Assembly (NCBI GenBank): GCA_004431415.1
Contig: QPMI01000106.1
Span: 1 to 64,000 of the forward strand
Length of the DNA: 64,000 bases
From: Cyanophora paradoxa CCMP329
Lineage: Eukaryota; Plantae; Glaucophyta
Direction of reading: 5' to 3'
The notes beneath the pieces are model-generated. The model searched no databases, was not told the DNA's origin, and saw only the letters and a list, made by a program, of their open reading frames with translations. Shown one piece after another: positions 12,130-24,180 of this stretch. A program made the translations under genes and the position numbers. Position 1 is the stretch's first letter; the number at the start of each line of letters is the position of its first letter.

Positions 12130-14318
12130 ATGGCGCGCGAGCTTGAGGGCCGGGCGAAGCGGGCGCGCACGGCGGAGAATGAAGGCGAGCGAACTTCGCG
12201 CGTGTATGTCTCCGCTGATGATTGAGCGGCTCTCTCGTGCAGGCGACGCGGCGGAGGAGGGATCGAGGGGAGCGAAACGCGCATCCGCAGCAAAGAGGAG
12301 CGGAGCGGCAGCGGCATCAGTTGGTGTGCGGCTGCGCCCGGAGCTCGTCCGCGAACGCTCGATGGTTGACCTTGATCTATCGCAGGCGGTGGCAAGGCGG
12401 GCGCGGCTCGCGACGTGGATGCAGATCATATTGATGATTCGGCCGCGGGGAGCAGCGCCGGCGCCGCGGCAGCGGCGGCCAGCAACTGCTCGCTGGAAGC
12501 GTTGCCCGACGAGCTGCTGTCCCGCGTGATGTACCTGGCAGCGCAGCGCGACTGGGCCGTCAAGCCCATATGCGGCGGGCTTTCGCCGCTCGATCCGCAA
12601 GATTGCCGGCCCGACGTGCAGCTGCACCTTTTGTCGAAGCTGAAGGCAGTGTGCCGGCGGTTCCGGCGGATCGCCGAAGATCTAGACAGCAGCCGGTGGC
12701 GTTGCGTCGGACTGCGTGAGCCGAACGACGCGGCGGTGGAGCAGCTGCTGAAGCTGACGGAGAAGGCGCGGAAGGCCGTGCGGCGGATTCGCCTTCAGGG
12801 CGGCAGCGTCAGCCCAAACGGCCACCGGCGACTCTTTTCAGCGTTCCAGGGGCAGCTGACGGAGCTCCGCTTGCTCTACAAGGAACAGCACGGGACTGGC
12901 GCCCAGCTGTCTGGGGTTGGGGCCCTGAAGGGCATGGACAAGCTACGGAAGCTCTACATCGGGATCGACTATTCTGGCTGGAAGTGGCCGGAATTTCGAG
13001 ACCTCCCCTTCGTCGCGCGGCTCCCCACGCAGCCGCTGTCCATCATCAAATTCCTCCCAAACCTGAGGGTGCGCCTATCTATTCTGGCCGCCTAGTTATA
13101 TAATGCGCTGAGAAGAGAAGCCCATGCGTTTCTGGTGTCTTAGCTCGCCCACAGGCGCTCGAACTGGACATGCCCCTCCCCGTGTCGGTCCTGGAGGGGC
13201 TGACCCCGCTCGCCCCCACGCTTCGGGCTCTTTCGTTCAAGGCGGCGGTGTACCGCGACTCGCATGTGCAGCCCATTTCAGCGGCGGCAGCGTTCACGTC
13301 CCTGGAACGACTCTCGCTTTCCTTCTGGTCGGAAGTTAGCGGCAAGCAGCTCCACACGAAGGCAACTGCAGCGCATCTCCAGCCGCTGTGCGCCTTGCCA
13401 CAGCTCCGCGGTGAGCCTGCGCGTATTTGAGAGCTCTTACAATTTGTGTTTCTGACTTTAGTGCAGCTCTCGATCTTGCGTGCCGCCTGCAGTGGCTGGG
13501 CTTCCTGGAGAGCATGCCCGGCCTCGAGCATGCATCGATTGATCTGGAACAGATCAGCGATGCAGATGTCAAGGCTATGGCGTCCTCACACGCCCTGCGG
13601 TCGTTGGCTGTTCATTCTAGGAACGCTGACAGCCAGTACCGACGAACAGGCATCTCTTCGCGCTTGATGAGAACCATCGCCACGCTTCCATCCATCGAGG
13701 TGCAGCTGGCTGTTTCAGCGCAGTTCGCGGCTCGCTCATCTTGTATGCAGGCTGTGCACCTCGATGTGCACGTGAAAGAGCTCGAGACCCTCGCTGGAGC
13801 CCCCCTGGCCTGGTCCAACCTTCACAGGCTCCGCGTTGGCGTTGGCACCGACGAGATCCCCGGCGCATTTCTCGAGGTGCCTTCCAGGTTGCTCTAGATC
13901 TCCAACTCCGGATCATAAAATCATAAGCTGAATTATATGCTTCAATACAAGCTTTCTCTAAAGCCACCAAATCTTCCTTCCAAACTTTCGCACTTCTCAC
14001 TCTCACGCCCCGCCGCGTGTGCAGCGCCTGGCGTCGGACGCCCCGTCGCTCCGGGTTCTGGAGGTGGAGTCGCCCCTCCCCGTCTCCACAGACCTCGCCG
14101 CGATCTCGTCCCTGGACTACCTCCGCGAGCTTAGGGCGCGTTCAACGTTATAATTCCTCCCATCCACGCTCAACGTTGTAATTCTCCTGCAGATTACGAA
14201 AGGCGGCGGGGAAGGGCTGGGCCCCGTCCACCGCGGGCACCTCCGGTGCGTGCTGAAGACCACGCGCGTCGTCTTCGAGGACGAGGACGAGGGCGCCGGC
14301 GGGGCGCCCCCGGCGTAG
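12130..14318 (+). CDS. F-box/LRR protein (paralog 2)
   Basis: Exon 1 MARELEGRAKRARTAENE; F-box 'LEALPDELLSRVMYLAAQRDW...LKAVCRRFRRIA'; LRRs 'MDKLRKLYI', 'LPNLR', 'FTSLERLSL', 'MPGLEHASI', 'APSLRVLEV'; last exon ends GAGGAPPA-stop at 14316-14318. Confidence 0.85.
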
Positions 14319-14527
14319 CGCCGCGGTCACAGGAGACGCGTAGCGCGAGCCGGACTCCTGGGCAGAGTGGCGGCCTCCTATCTTTGGGCCTCGAGGCGCG
14401 AAGCGCGAAGCACGGCGGGGCGCCGCCGGCGTAGCGCTGCCGGTGCAGAAGACGCGCGCCTCTGCTGTCCCCCGGCGTAGAGACAGCCTCGCGGCCGGCG
14501 CGGGCCGGGTCCGCGCCCCCGCCGTTT

Positions 14528-14591
14528 TCTTCGATCCCGAACTTTCTTCGATCCCGAACTTTCTTCGATCCCGAACTTTCTTCGATCCCGA
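14528..14591. repeat. 17-bp tandem repeat (ttcttcgatcccgaact) x~4
   Basis: Seen directly downstream of the F-box 2 stop codon. Confidence 0.9.
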
Positions 14592-15061
14592 GGCCGCCGG
14601 AGCAGAGGACGCGCGCCTCTGCTGTTCCCTCCTCCTTGTCCCCTCCGATCCCCTCCCTTCCATTTCTCCTCCGTCCCCTCCTGCATTGGAGCTAACGGAC
14701 GTCGGCTTGACTTCTTCTGTTCCATTAGCTGCAGTGCTCTTTCAATCTCTCTCTCTCTCTCTCTCTCTTCCGGAGCCGCCCCCCCGTCCCGCCCTTCTCC
14801 CGGTTGCCTCTTTTCTTTTCGGTTGCCGTCTCCGACTCTTCTGGCCGGGCTTGTCCCCTCTCATATCAGCTTTTATCTGTGGTGTATCTTTCTTCTTTGA
14901 TCATCTTTGAGATAGATGACCCCCTTTAATTATTAGCTTTTTTGGATCATGTAATGAAGGTTTCGTGGATTCGATGTCGTAGATTGCAGATTGTATTGGT
15001 GGATTTCGTGTAGTATCATAGTTGTATCTGAAAATAGAGCGCTAGCCGACCGCAGCGCTAG

Positions 15062-18000
15062 CTAGGCTGCTCCCGGGGACTGGGCCGAGAGCTCCGCCAG
15101 GTGGCGCCGAGCCGCCTCCAGGCGCCCCCGCGCCTCCTCCAGCTCGGCCGGCACCGGCCCCGCCCCCGGCGAGGCCGGCCGTCCTTCCTCGGGGGAAATC
15201 GAGGCCGGTGGCGGCCCCAGCAGCGACAGAGACTCGAGAAGCGCCTCCACGTTCTGTACCCGGGCCGTCTTTGGGGGGGGTTGGGGGGAGGATGTCGAGG
15301 AGGGGTACGGCACCGCGAGGAGGGCGACGTTGCCGCGGGCGAGGAACGCGAACGAAGGGCCCCCCGCCAGAAGATCGTCCGGGCCCTGCAGGGGAGGGGG
15401 GTGGGGGGGAGGGGGGGGGAAGGGATCGGATGGCGGGGGGTACATGGCGAAAGATGAGGGGTACGCACCTGGACGTCGGAGAGGAGGGCGGGTACGACGG
15501 GTCGCTTGTTCACCTCGCAGAGCTGCGGGGTACGCGATTCAGGAGACGGAAAAGGAATAAGTGGGCGCTGGGGGGGTACCTGGAGGCGGCCGCGGAGCGC
15601 CGGGTCGGCGACTGCGGCCGGGGAGAGGAGGGGTACGAAGGCCGCGCAGCGGACGGCCGCGCGCGCGTCCGCGTTCTCGTCGCGCTGTACCCCCTGGGGC
15701 GGGCCGTTGGGTGGGAGAAAAGGGGCGCCGCGGGGACTCAAACCGGGGCGGGGCACTCGGCCCAGCAGGGGACCCGCCGGTGCCTCAGGCCGCGAACGAA
15801 GCGCAGTCCAAACTCCGCGTCCTAAAAATAGCGTCGGTCTCGAACCGGGGTACCGGGATCGAGCGGGTTACGGGGCCGGACCGATGGGGAGCACCAGACG
15901 AAGACGAAGGGGTCGGGACCGTCCAGGTCGCAGCTGAGGCGGTACGTGAATCGGGGAGGGGGGTACGGGGGTACGGGGCTGACCGGGCCTCGGGGGATGA
16001 AGCGAGCTCGGCGGCGGCTCCCTCCGCGCTGCCGGCGCCCTCGCCGCCCGTCGCGCCCGCCACGCGCTGCGACCCTCCGAGGTGAGCGGGCGGGGGTACG
16101 GGAATGGTGGACGGGGGATGAAGCGCCTGGGAGAGCGTGAGCGCGAAGGCGTACAGCCCCTGCTCGAAGAGCTCGTCCCTGGGGGCGGCGTCAGCGAGGG
16201 GTACAGGAAATCGAGGAAGGGTCGTCGGGAGGGGGGAGGGGAGGGGCCGGGGGGGGACGCGCGTGGAAAAGTCCGCGAACTGCATCATGAGGAGGGCGCC
16301 CTGCAGCTCGTCGTCCAGCTGCGCCTGCGGGGCCTTTTTTCAGAGGCGGCGCCTATTTTTAGATTGGGGGCGGGGCCCCCTGCCCTGTTTTTAGCCGGCC
16401 CTACCTTGGCCTTCCAGACGGGGAAGACCTCCCGGCCTAAGGCGCGGGCCGCGCCGAGCTCGGCCCGGCACCGCCGCGACCCGACCGAGGCCGGGCTCAC
16501 CAGCAGCAGCAGCGCCTGCGCCCGCCGGAGCGGCGAGCCGTCCTACAGCGAGGATGAGGGGGGGGGGGGAGGGGGGGGGGAGGGGGGGGGGAGGCGCGCG
16601 TCCTTGGGGGTGCCCCACTCCTTTGGATCGAGCAGCTGCGCGGGGTACACGCGGGTGAGGCGCGGGGGGCTCGGCGGGGGCCGCCAACGCGGCCCTGCCA
16701 GGCTGCGCACCCAGCACTGCGGCCGGCGTCAGTCAGGGCGAGTTAGACACGGGGGTACACCACGCACGGTTACGTGGTGGGCCTCGAGTGCGTCGCGGAG
16801 CTTCTTCGCGAACGAAAGGTCCTCCTGTACGTAGCTGGGGGTACAGAGTTTACCACCGGGATACGCAAATCGGAAGCACGGGGAGGGGGTACCTGATGTA
16901 GGCGTCCCGGAGGCCGGCGGCGCGCTTCAGCTCGGCCTGGAGGTCGGGGGAAGGGTTATGGAGGGGGTACAGGGCGTCTGGGGGGGTACGCGCGCCTGGA
17001 AGGCGACGTCGGGGTGCGCTCGGACGACCATTCGGCGGGCGGTCCCCTCTCCCACGACCCGCGCGGCGTCCGCCCCTGGGTACAGCGTTTGCATGGTCTT
17101 GGCATTGTAGGGGTGCGGACGAACTGCGGGGCCGCAGGGGTACAGCGCGCACCTTTCTGTATGAGGGCTGTGCAGACGTCGAGCATCGCCGGCCCGTGAC
17201 GCACGGCGTGGTAGAGGGGCGTACCCCCCGACTCGTCCGGCGCGCTGCGGGTCGGATTACATCGGATCAAATTCCGTTAGAACGGGATCGGATCGGAGCG
17301 GCTCACTCGACGTTCTGGGCAGCGGCGGCGAGGCGGAGGCAGGCGAGTCGGAACCCGCCCCGGGCAGCCGCCTGCAGCGCAGCCTCCGGGCCCGCCGGTA
17401 CCCCCCCGGCGCCCTCCATCCGCCCCTCGGCCTCCAGCACCTTCCTGTACCCCTGTTACGGGGGTACGCCCCACTCCGAAGGGAAGGAGAACGCTCGCCT
17501 GAACTCGGAGACGATGGACTTCGCCGTCGGGTCACGGTGATCTTTCTCCAGGAGCGATCCCCCGAGATCCCTGGGAAGCGTGACGCGCGTCCCGGACGGA
17601 CGGAGAGGGGATACAGGGGCAACCCGCACTTGCGGCGGCTGCGCGAGTTCTCCTCGAGGTCGGAGGGGTGCAGCTTCCCGTCGCAGTGGAGCACCAGGTC
17701 CAGGCACGCCCTGCGCGACCGGCGGCTCGAATGCTGTACCCCCCCTCGAATTCGGCTCCCAGGAGCGCACCGCAGCTGCTGGACGGCCTCGTCCTTTCCG
17801 AACGCCTTCGCGGCGGTCAAAAAGCTGTATGTACCCCGCCGGTCCCGGCCGTCAGCGGGGGTACGTAAACGCCAGGCAAAAAAGCGCGGGGGGGTAGACC
17901 TGGCGGCGGCGCCCTTGAGTTCCGGGATGGAGCCGGGCTTGCCGTACGGGCTCGGCTCGTGCCGCTCCGCCGCGGGGCGGGGGGCCCCGGGGCGGCCCCA

Positions 18001-21000
18001 CTCCTCCACCTGAAGCTCCAGCACCCGTCTGCCGCCCCGCCGCTTTCGGATGGAACCGGGCGTATCCCCCCCCCAACACCGCTCCCCGTGGGGTACTACG
18101 TACGTGCGGAGCCTGAGGGTACCGGCCGCGACGAGGTCCCCCGGCACAGTCGTAGCCCCCCGGTCCAGAAGCATCCTGGGGGGGGGGTACGGGGAGAGGC
18201 GCTCGGTCCCGGGGTACAGCAGGACCGGGCTCAAGAGACAGCGCTGCGCGCGCACTCGGGGATCTCGGGGGGTACGGGCTTGCGGCCGTCGCTCATGTCG
18301 GGCACGTGGAGGGCCATCGAGAGGGCCGACTCGACCGGCCGCTTCCACTTAGCCTCCCGCTCGCTCTCCCCCACAGGCGCCCTGCTCGCGCCTCGGCCTC
18401 GGGACTCGACGCCAGAGATAATATAAGTCGAGGAATTGCTTACCCCTCGCGGCACCCGCGCGGGTCGGCCCCAGCCTCCAGAAGCAGTCGGCAGATTTCC
18501 GTGTTCGGGTTCCTGTACCCGCGTCGGGCTCGCCGGCTGGAAGGGGGAGGGAAGGTGGAAGGGGGGTACGCTACGCACGAGTAAATGTTGCAGACGAGGG
18601 CGCTGCCGAGGCCGGGGACCTGGGGGTACGCCATATTTTGGGTGGAGCGAACGAAGCGGAGGGAGCGGAGGGGGGTACGGCGCACGCTGAAGGAGGGGTC
18701 ACCCCCCCGGGAGAGGAGGTACCGGATAAACTCGAGGGGGCGGGGCTTGACGTCCATGCAGGGGCCGCCCCCGGGGGGCGCCGCTGGATCAGATCAGATC
18801 AGATCAGATCAAATCGGATCGGATCGGATCAGATCAGATCAGATCTGAGCCGGGCGCACATCGGCAGCCGCCGCAGGCGATGGTGAAGGGGGATCCGTAG
18901 TAGCTCGGGGCGTTGAGGTCGGCCCCCGCGTCCAGAAGGAACCTAAGTCGAAGGCGAGGCGATGAGAGGGAATTCGGGCGCGGGCGCGAGAGGGGGAGGG
19001 GCTCGCGGGGCGCGCCTCACGTAGTCCTCGGGGGCCGAGCAGTTCATCGCGCGCGTGAGGGGCGTCTGACGAGAAAGAGAGAGAGACACACACATAAGAA
19101 AGACAGACAGGGAGAGAAAGGAGAAGGGACGGAGCGCTCGCTCGCTCGCTTAACGTTATAAAAGGAGGAGGAGGAAGGACGATATAGAAAGGACGATAGA
19201 TAGGAGGGAAGAAGAAACGACGGAGCGCTCGCTCGCTTAACCTTATAAAAGAAAGATGTATAAGCAGTTCAGGAGGGAAAGCAAAGAGAGGATAGAGAGA
19301 GGGAAAGGAGAAGGGACGGGGCGCTCGTTCGCTCGCTTAACCTTATAAGAAAGATAGATAGATAGATAGATAGATACGCTATATGTAGTTATAAGAAAGA
19401 AAGATAGACATAGGAGGGAAAGAAGGAACCTGGCCGAGCGAGTCCGGCGCGTTGATGCGCCCGCCGGCCGCGAGCAGGGCCTGCACCGCGGGGATCGTTA
19501 CATAAGACACAAGGTACATAAGATCGTTACATATATATGTATAAGACGCAAGGGATATGGCGAAGCGCAGAAACACGCGCACCTGCACGGCGGGGACCGG
19601 CAGCGGCTTGAGGACCGAGCTCCCGCCTGAGAAAGATCCATTAAGATCTATTAAGAAGCCGGAGAAATCTATTATCAAGATACACTATGATCTATTAAGA
19701 AGCGGCTCGAGGACCGAGCTCCCGCCTGAGAAAGATCTATTAAGATCTATTAAGAAGCCGGAGAAATCTATTATCAAGATCCACTAAGATCTATTAAGAA
19801 GCGGCTCGAGGACCGAGCTCCCGCCTGAGAAAGATCTATTAAGATCTATTAAGAAGCCGGAGAAATCTGTTATCAAGATCCATTAAGATCTATTAAGAAG
19901 CGGCTCGAGGAAGGAGCTCCCGCCTGAGAAAGAAGACGGAAGGAAGGCGGGAGAGCGCGCGAGCGTGAGACCGAATCGAGCAGCCTTAGCAGCCATTAAC
20001 AATTATGCTGAAGCTTTATAGAATTATTATGAAGCGTTGCGTTATATAGTTATAAGAGGAACCGCAGGGCCGGCCCTGGGCCTGGGAGTCGCCGCCTTTA
20101 GAGAACTATATATTATGGAGCCCTACGCCCCAGAATATGCTGAAGCTTTAGAAAACTATATATTATGGAGCCCTTCGTTTTATAAGAGGAGGGCGCAGGC
20201 AGGGCACCGTTGTTTTCGCCGCAGGCGAGCTGCAGGGCCGAGGGCCCTCCCCCGTCCCGCACCCGCGGCTTGGGCCGCCTGTTCGGGTCCGCCCCCGCGC
20301 GCAGCAGGGCCCTGGGGATCGGCAGCGTAACGTAACGTAAGAGGAAACGCGAAGTCGAATTCGAACGAGAAAGGGCGCGAGGGGGGGGGGCTGCTAATTA
20401 ATAGCAGATTTAATACTAGACTATCACCTGCTAGTAAAAAACCTAAAGAGATGGTACGTCTGCACAATCTGAAGGAGGATGCGCTGATCATGAAGCTTTA
20501 GAAAATTACTATTATGGAGCCCTATGTTATGCTATGGAGCCCGCCGAGTCGAACGAGAAATTAATTAAAGAGCGCACGGGAGGAGCCAGGCGTGTTGCTG
20601 GTCCGCGCCGTCCTCGTCCCCGCCCCCCGCCTTGGCGAGGAGCTCGATGGCGGCCGTGAGGGGCAGGTTCCCGCCGGCGCCCTCCTTGTTCGGGTCGGCC
20701 CCGCGCTCCAGCAGCAGCCTGCGCGCCGGCTCCGAGACGTCAGGCCGAGGCGAGGCATGATAAGCCTTCTCTGCTTGACAAAGAGTGATCGAATGAAGCC
20801 GATCTATGAAGAAGACAGAAACAGGCCGGGCTCGAAACTCGCCTGACGAAGGCCTCGGGGAGGGCGAAGCGGACGGCGAGGGTCAGGGGCGTCCCCTGCG
20901 GTCCCTCCCCGTTCACGTCCGCCCCCAGCTCCACCAGCGCCCTGGCGGGGGGAGGGGGGGGAGGGGGGGGGGGGTGAGAAGCGAAGCGAAGGGGAGGTGA

Positions 21001-24000
21001 GGGATGGGGAGGGGAGGGATGGAGGGGTACCGCGCCGCCGGCTCGCCCCTGGCGCGGTGGCTCGCGATCGCGACGACGAGCGGCGGGTCGCCGGCCTGCC
21101 CCGCCCGCCCGCCCGCTCAGAGGGGGGGGTACGTGGCGGGTGGGGGGTACGCGCGCCTTGTCCTTCGCGTTGACGTCGACGCCGCCGCGGACCAGCACAC
21201 TGCGGGGCGCGGGGCGCGGGGCGCGGGGGGTGAGGCAGGGGTGATCCGGAGCTCGGATTCTTTTGAGTGGTTCAGAAGAGTGAAGGCAAGAGGCATAAGA
21301 GCAAGAGACATAATACCCCAACGATAATAATTCGACCCGGGCGGGGCGGCGGGCGGCGGGGCGGGGCGGGGCGGGGCGGGGCGTGGCGGGGCGGGGCGCG
21401 CCCGAGGAGCTCGAGGCGGGCGGCGTCGAAGGAGGGACGCTCTCCCGACAAGGAGAGGGCCACGTGCAGCTGCGTCCTCTGCGAGCGATGAGAAGAAGAA
21501 GAAGAAGGGGGGGGGGGGTACCGCACCCTGTCGACGACGCGGTCGTTCGCCGTGTCGATCTGCGGCCGCCGCGGGTCCGCCCCGCGCCTGTACCCGTCCG
21601 CCGCGCCCGTTCAGCCGGGCCGAGGAGGGGGTCGAGGAGGGGTAGAGGAGGAGGGGGAAGGGGGGTACGCGCTCGATGAGGAGCCGGACGACGTTCGGAT
21701 CCCCCGCCTCCACGGCGTAGTCCAGAGGGGTACGCGATACCAGGTTCGCCGCGTTCGGGTCGGCCCCGGGGGACTCCAGCAGCGGCCTGGCGGGGAGAAG
21801 GGAGGGCGGGGGGCGGGTTGAGCTTGGAGCCGGAGGGGCGCGGGCCGGGGGGTACGGTATCACCTCACGACGTCCACGGGCATGCCAGCGCGAACGGCCA
21901 CGTGGAGGGGGGTATTCCCCAGAACGTCCGCCGCGGCGGCCGCCTCCGGGTAGTGCAGGAGCAGCCTGGGGGTACGTCTTCGAACGCGCCCGGCGCCGGC
22001 GACGGGAAAAGGATTCGAGGGGGGTACGCGCCCGACGGTCTCGCGGCGGCGGTGCGCGAGGAGGTCCCAGAGCCATTGGGCCGCAGCGGCCCCGTCCGGG
22101 TCCTCGGGGGGTACGGTTACGGGCCGGATCCGCGTCCGGTCCGGGTGGGCGAGCGAGTCGTAGTTGCTGATCATGACGGGGGCGCCACGTTAGACGAAGG
22201 CGGTTGAGAAGGGGAAGGGGGGGGATACCGGCTTGGCTCGTCGGCCTTCCTTCGGCCGCCATCCAGATACCTGAGGGGTACGGCTTTGATGAGAGGGGCA
22301 GAACCCGGGGGGCTACGGGACCGGGAGGGGGTTACGCGGCGAGGGCGACGTGGAGGGGTGTAGCCCCCCGGGCGTCGTGGGCTGAGGGGCGGGCGCCCAG
22401 CTGGGTACGCGATTTCAGTGGGACGCGGACGAAGGGGGGTACGGAATCGAACCTCGAGGAGGAGGTGAACGCAGGCGGCGTCGCCACGGGAGGCGGCGGC
22501 GTGCAGGGGAGTACCCCCCTGGCCCCCGATGAACTTTGTTCGCACGCTCACCCCGGCCGCCGCCAGCGCCCTGCGGCCCCCGCCGTCGCGTTATCGTGAG
22601 CCTCGGAACGAATTAAAGGACCTCGGCGGGATTCGAACCGGAGGATTTCGAGGTGGCCGCCCTCGGCGGCCTTGTACGCGCTGGCCACGCGGCACGGGGC
22701 CAGGTCCGCTCCGGACGAGAGCAGCAGCCTAAACAGCAGAGAGAGCGCGGTTGAGCGTTAGGTGAGGGGAGTGCCTTAGCCTAGTGGAGGGGTACATGCG
22801 CACTGGAGGACTTGGGCGTGGCCCCCGGCGCAGGCCGCTTCCACTGGGCTCTGCCCCTCCTCCCCCGCCGCCCCTTCGGCGGCCGCGAGGCGCCCGAGGA
22901 GGTACCGGCACGCCTCCACGTGGCCCCTCCCCGATGCCTCCCGCAGCGCCCGGCGCCGCGCCGCCGCCAGCAGCTGCGGCCCCGCCCCATCCCCGTCCCT
23001 CGAGCCCGCCGCCGCCGCCGCCGCCCTCTCGTCTAGGTACCTGGTGGAGCCATCAGGGCGGGAATTCGAAGAGGCGCGTGTAGGAGGGGGGATACAGCAT
23101 ACTTCAACGCGTCGACGTGGCCGTTGCGGGCGGCGCAGGCGAGGGGCGGCCCGAGGGAGGGGTGCGGGGCGGAGGGGTCGTGCCCCGCCTCCTCCACGAG
23201 GTACCGAAGGGACGCCAGGCGCGCGGCGAGCGCCGCCCCGTGCAGGGCGCCCTCGCCCTCCCCTGAGCGGAGCGCGGCGGGGGCGCGCTCCAGGGCGAGC
23301 CGCAGGGCGGCGGGGTCCCCCCCCTCCCCCGCCGCCCGCAGCACCCCCCGCCACTCCTTCTCCCCCGCCTGCGCCCCGCTCCCCTCCCAGCCGTCCAGCA
23401 GCAGCTGGGGGGTACGTCAGCTCGGGGGGGGGGGGGGGTTGGCGGGGGGTACGGGCGCGCCTGGAGGAGTGCGGCGCCCCCCGAGCGGGCGGCGGCCTCC
23501 ACCGCCGCCGCGTACCGCGCCAGGCCGCCCTTCCTGTCGTCGTACCCTGCCGGGCCGTCAGGGAGGGGGGCGGAGGGAGGGGGTACAGGGATTGATTGCG
23601 GGGGTAGAGGCGCGCCGGACTTTTCCCGGAGGAGGCGGCGGGCGGTATCGAGGTCCCCCAGCTGCGCGGCCTACCCCCGGCTCGAGAGAGGGGGGGAGGG
23701 GGAGGGGGGCGAAGCGTGGGGGGGCTACCCGATGGAGGGCGCGCCACGGGGCGGGGTACAGGTGCTCCAGGGAGGCCCCGCCCTCGATCAGGCGCCTAAG
23801 AGAGGTCAGATCGGGGGGTGAGCGGAGCCAACGGGGGTACGGGCGCACAGGGCGGCGTCGGCGTGGCCGGCGGAGAGGGCGTAAAAGAGAGCGGTGCGGC
23901 CGGCGCGGTCCACGGCGGCGGGGTCCGCGCCCCGGTCGAGCAGCTGCGCGCACGCCCGCGCGTCGCCGGCCGCCGCCGCCGAGATGAGCGCCGTCCGCCC

Positions 24001-24180
24001 GTCCGGCCCCCGGGCGTACGCGTCGGCGCCGGAGCCCGCGGCCGAGCTCGAGGGCGCCGGCTGCGCCGTGCGGATCGGGGGCAGCGGGCCCGACATCGGC
24101 GCTGCCGACGGCCGCGGGCTCGGATGCTCCACGGGTGCCGATCCCTGGGTCGGAGGTGCCGGCGGCGGCTTTGATCGGAG
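15062..24180 (-). CDS. Multi-exon ankyrin-repeat protein with two C-terminal TIR domains
   Basis: Many ANK motifs: 'DGRTALISAAAAGD', 'AGRTALFYAL', 'PPLACAARNGHVDALK', 'GGTPLHAAASRGD', 'LGNTPLHVAVRAG', 'SRTPLDYAVEAGD', 'GADVNGEGPQGTPLTLAV', 'LLERGADPN', 'SGGTPLYHAVRHG'. TIR1 'DAYISYVQEDLSFAKKLRDALEAHHVTCW...ALLLLVSPASVGSRRCRAELGAARALGREVFPV' (~16120-16910). TIR2 'PFVFVWCSPSDAEFGLRFVRGLRHRRVPCW...AFVPLLSPAAVADPALRGRLQLCEVNKRPVVPALL' (~15330-15930). Start codon not pinned; a single gene is inferred from exon continuity. Confidence 0.78.
19603..19932. repeat. 99-bp tandem repeat (~3.3 copies) carrying a duplicated splice acceptor of the ankyrin gene
   Basis: gaccgagctcccgcctgagaaag recurs at 19613, 19712, 19811 and (variant) 19910. 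On the - strand each unit reads tttctcag|gcgggagc. Confidence 0.85.
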
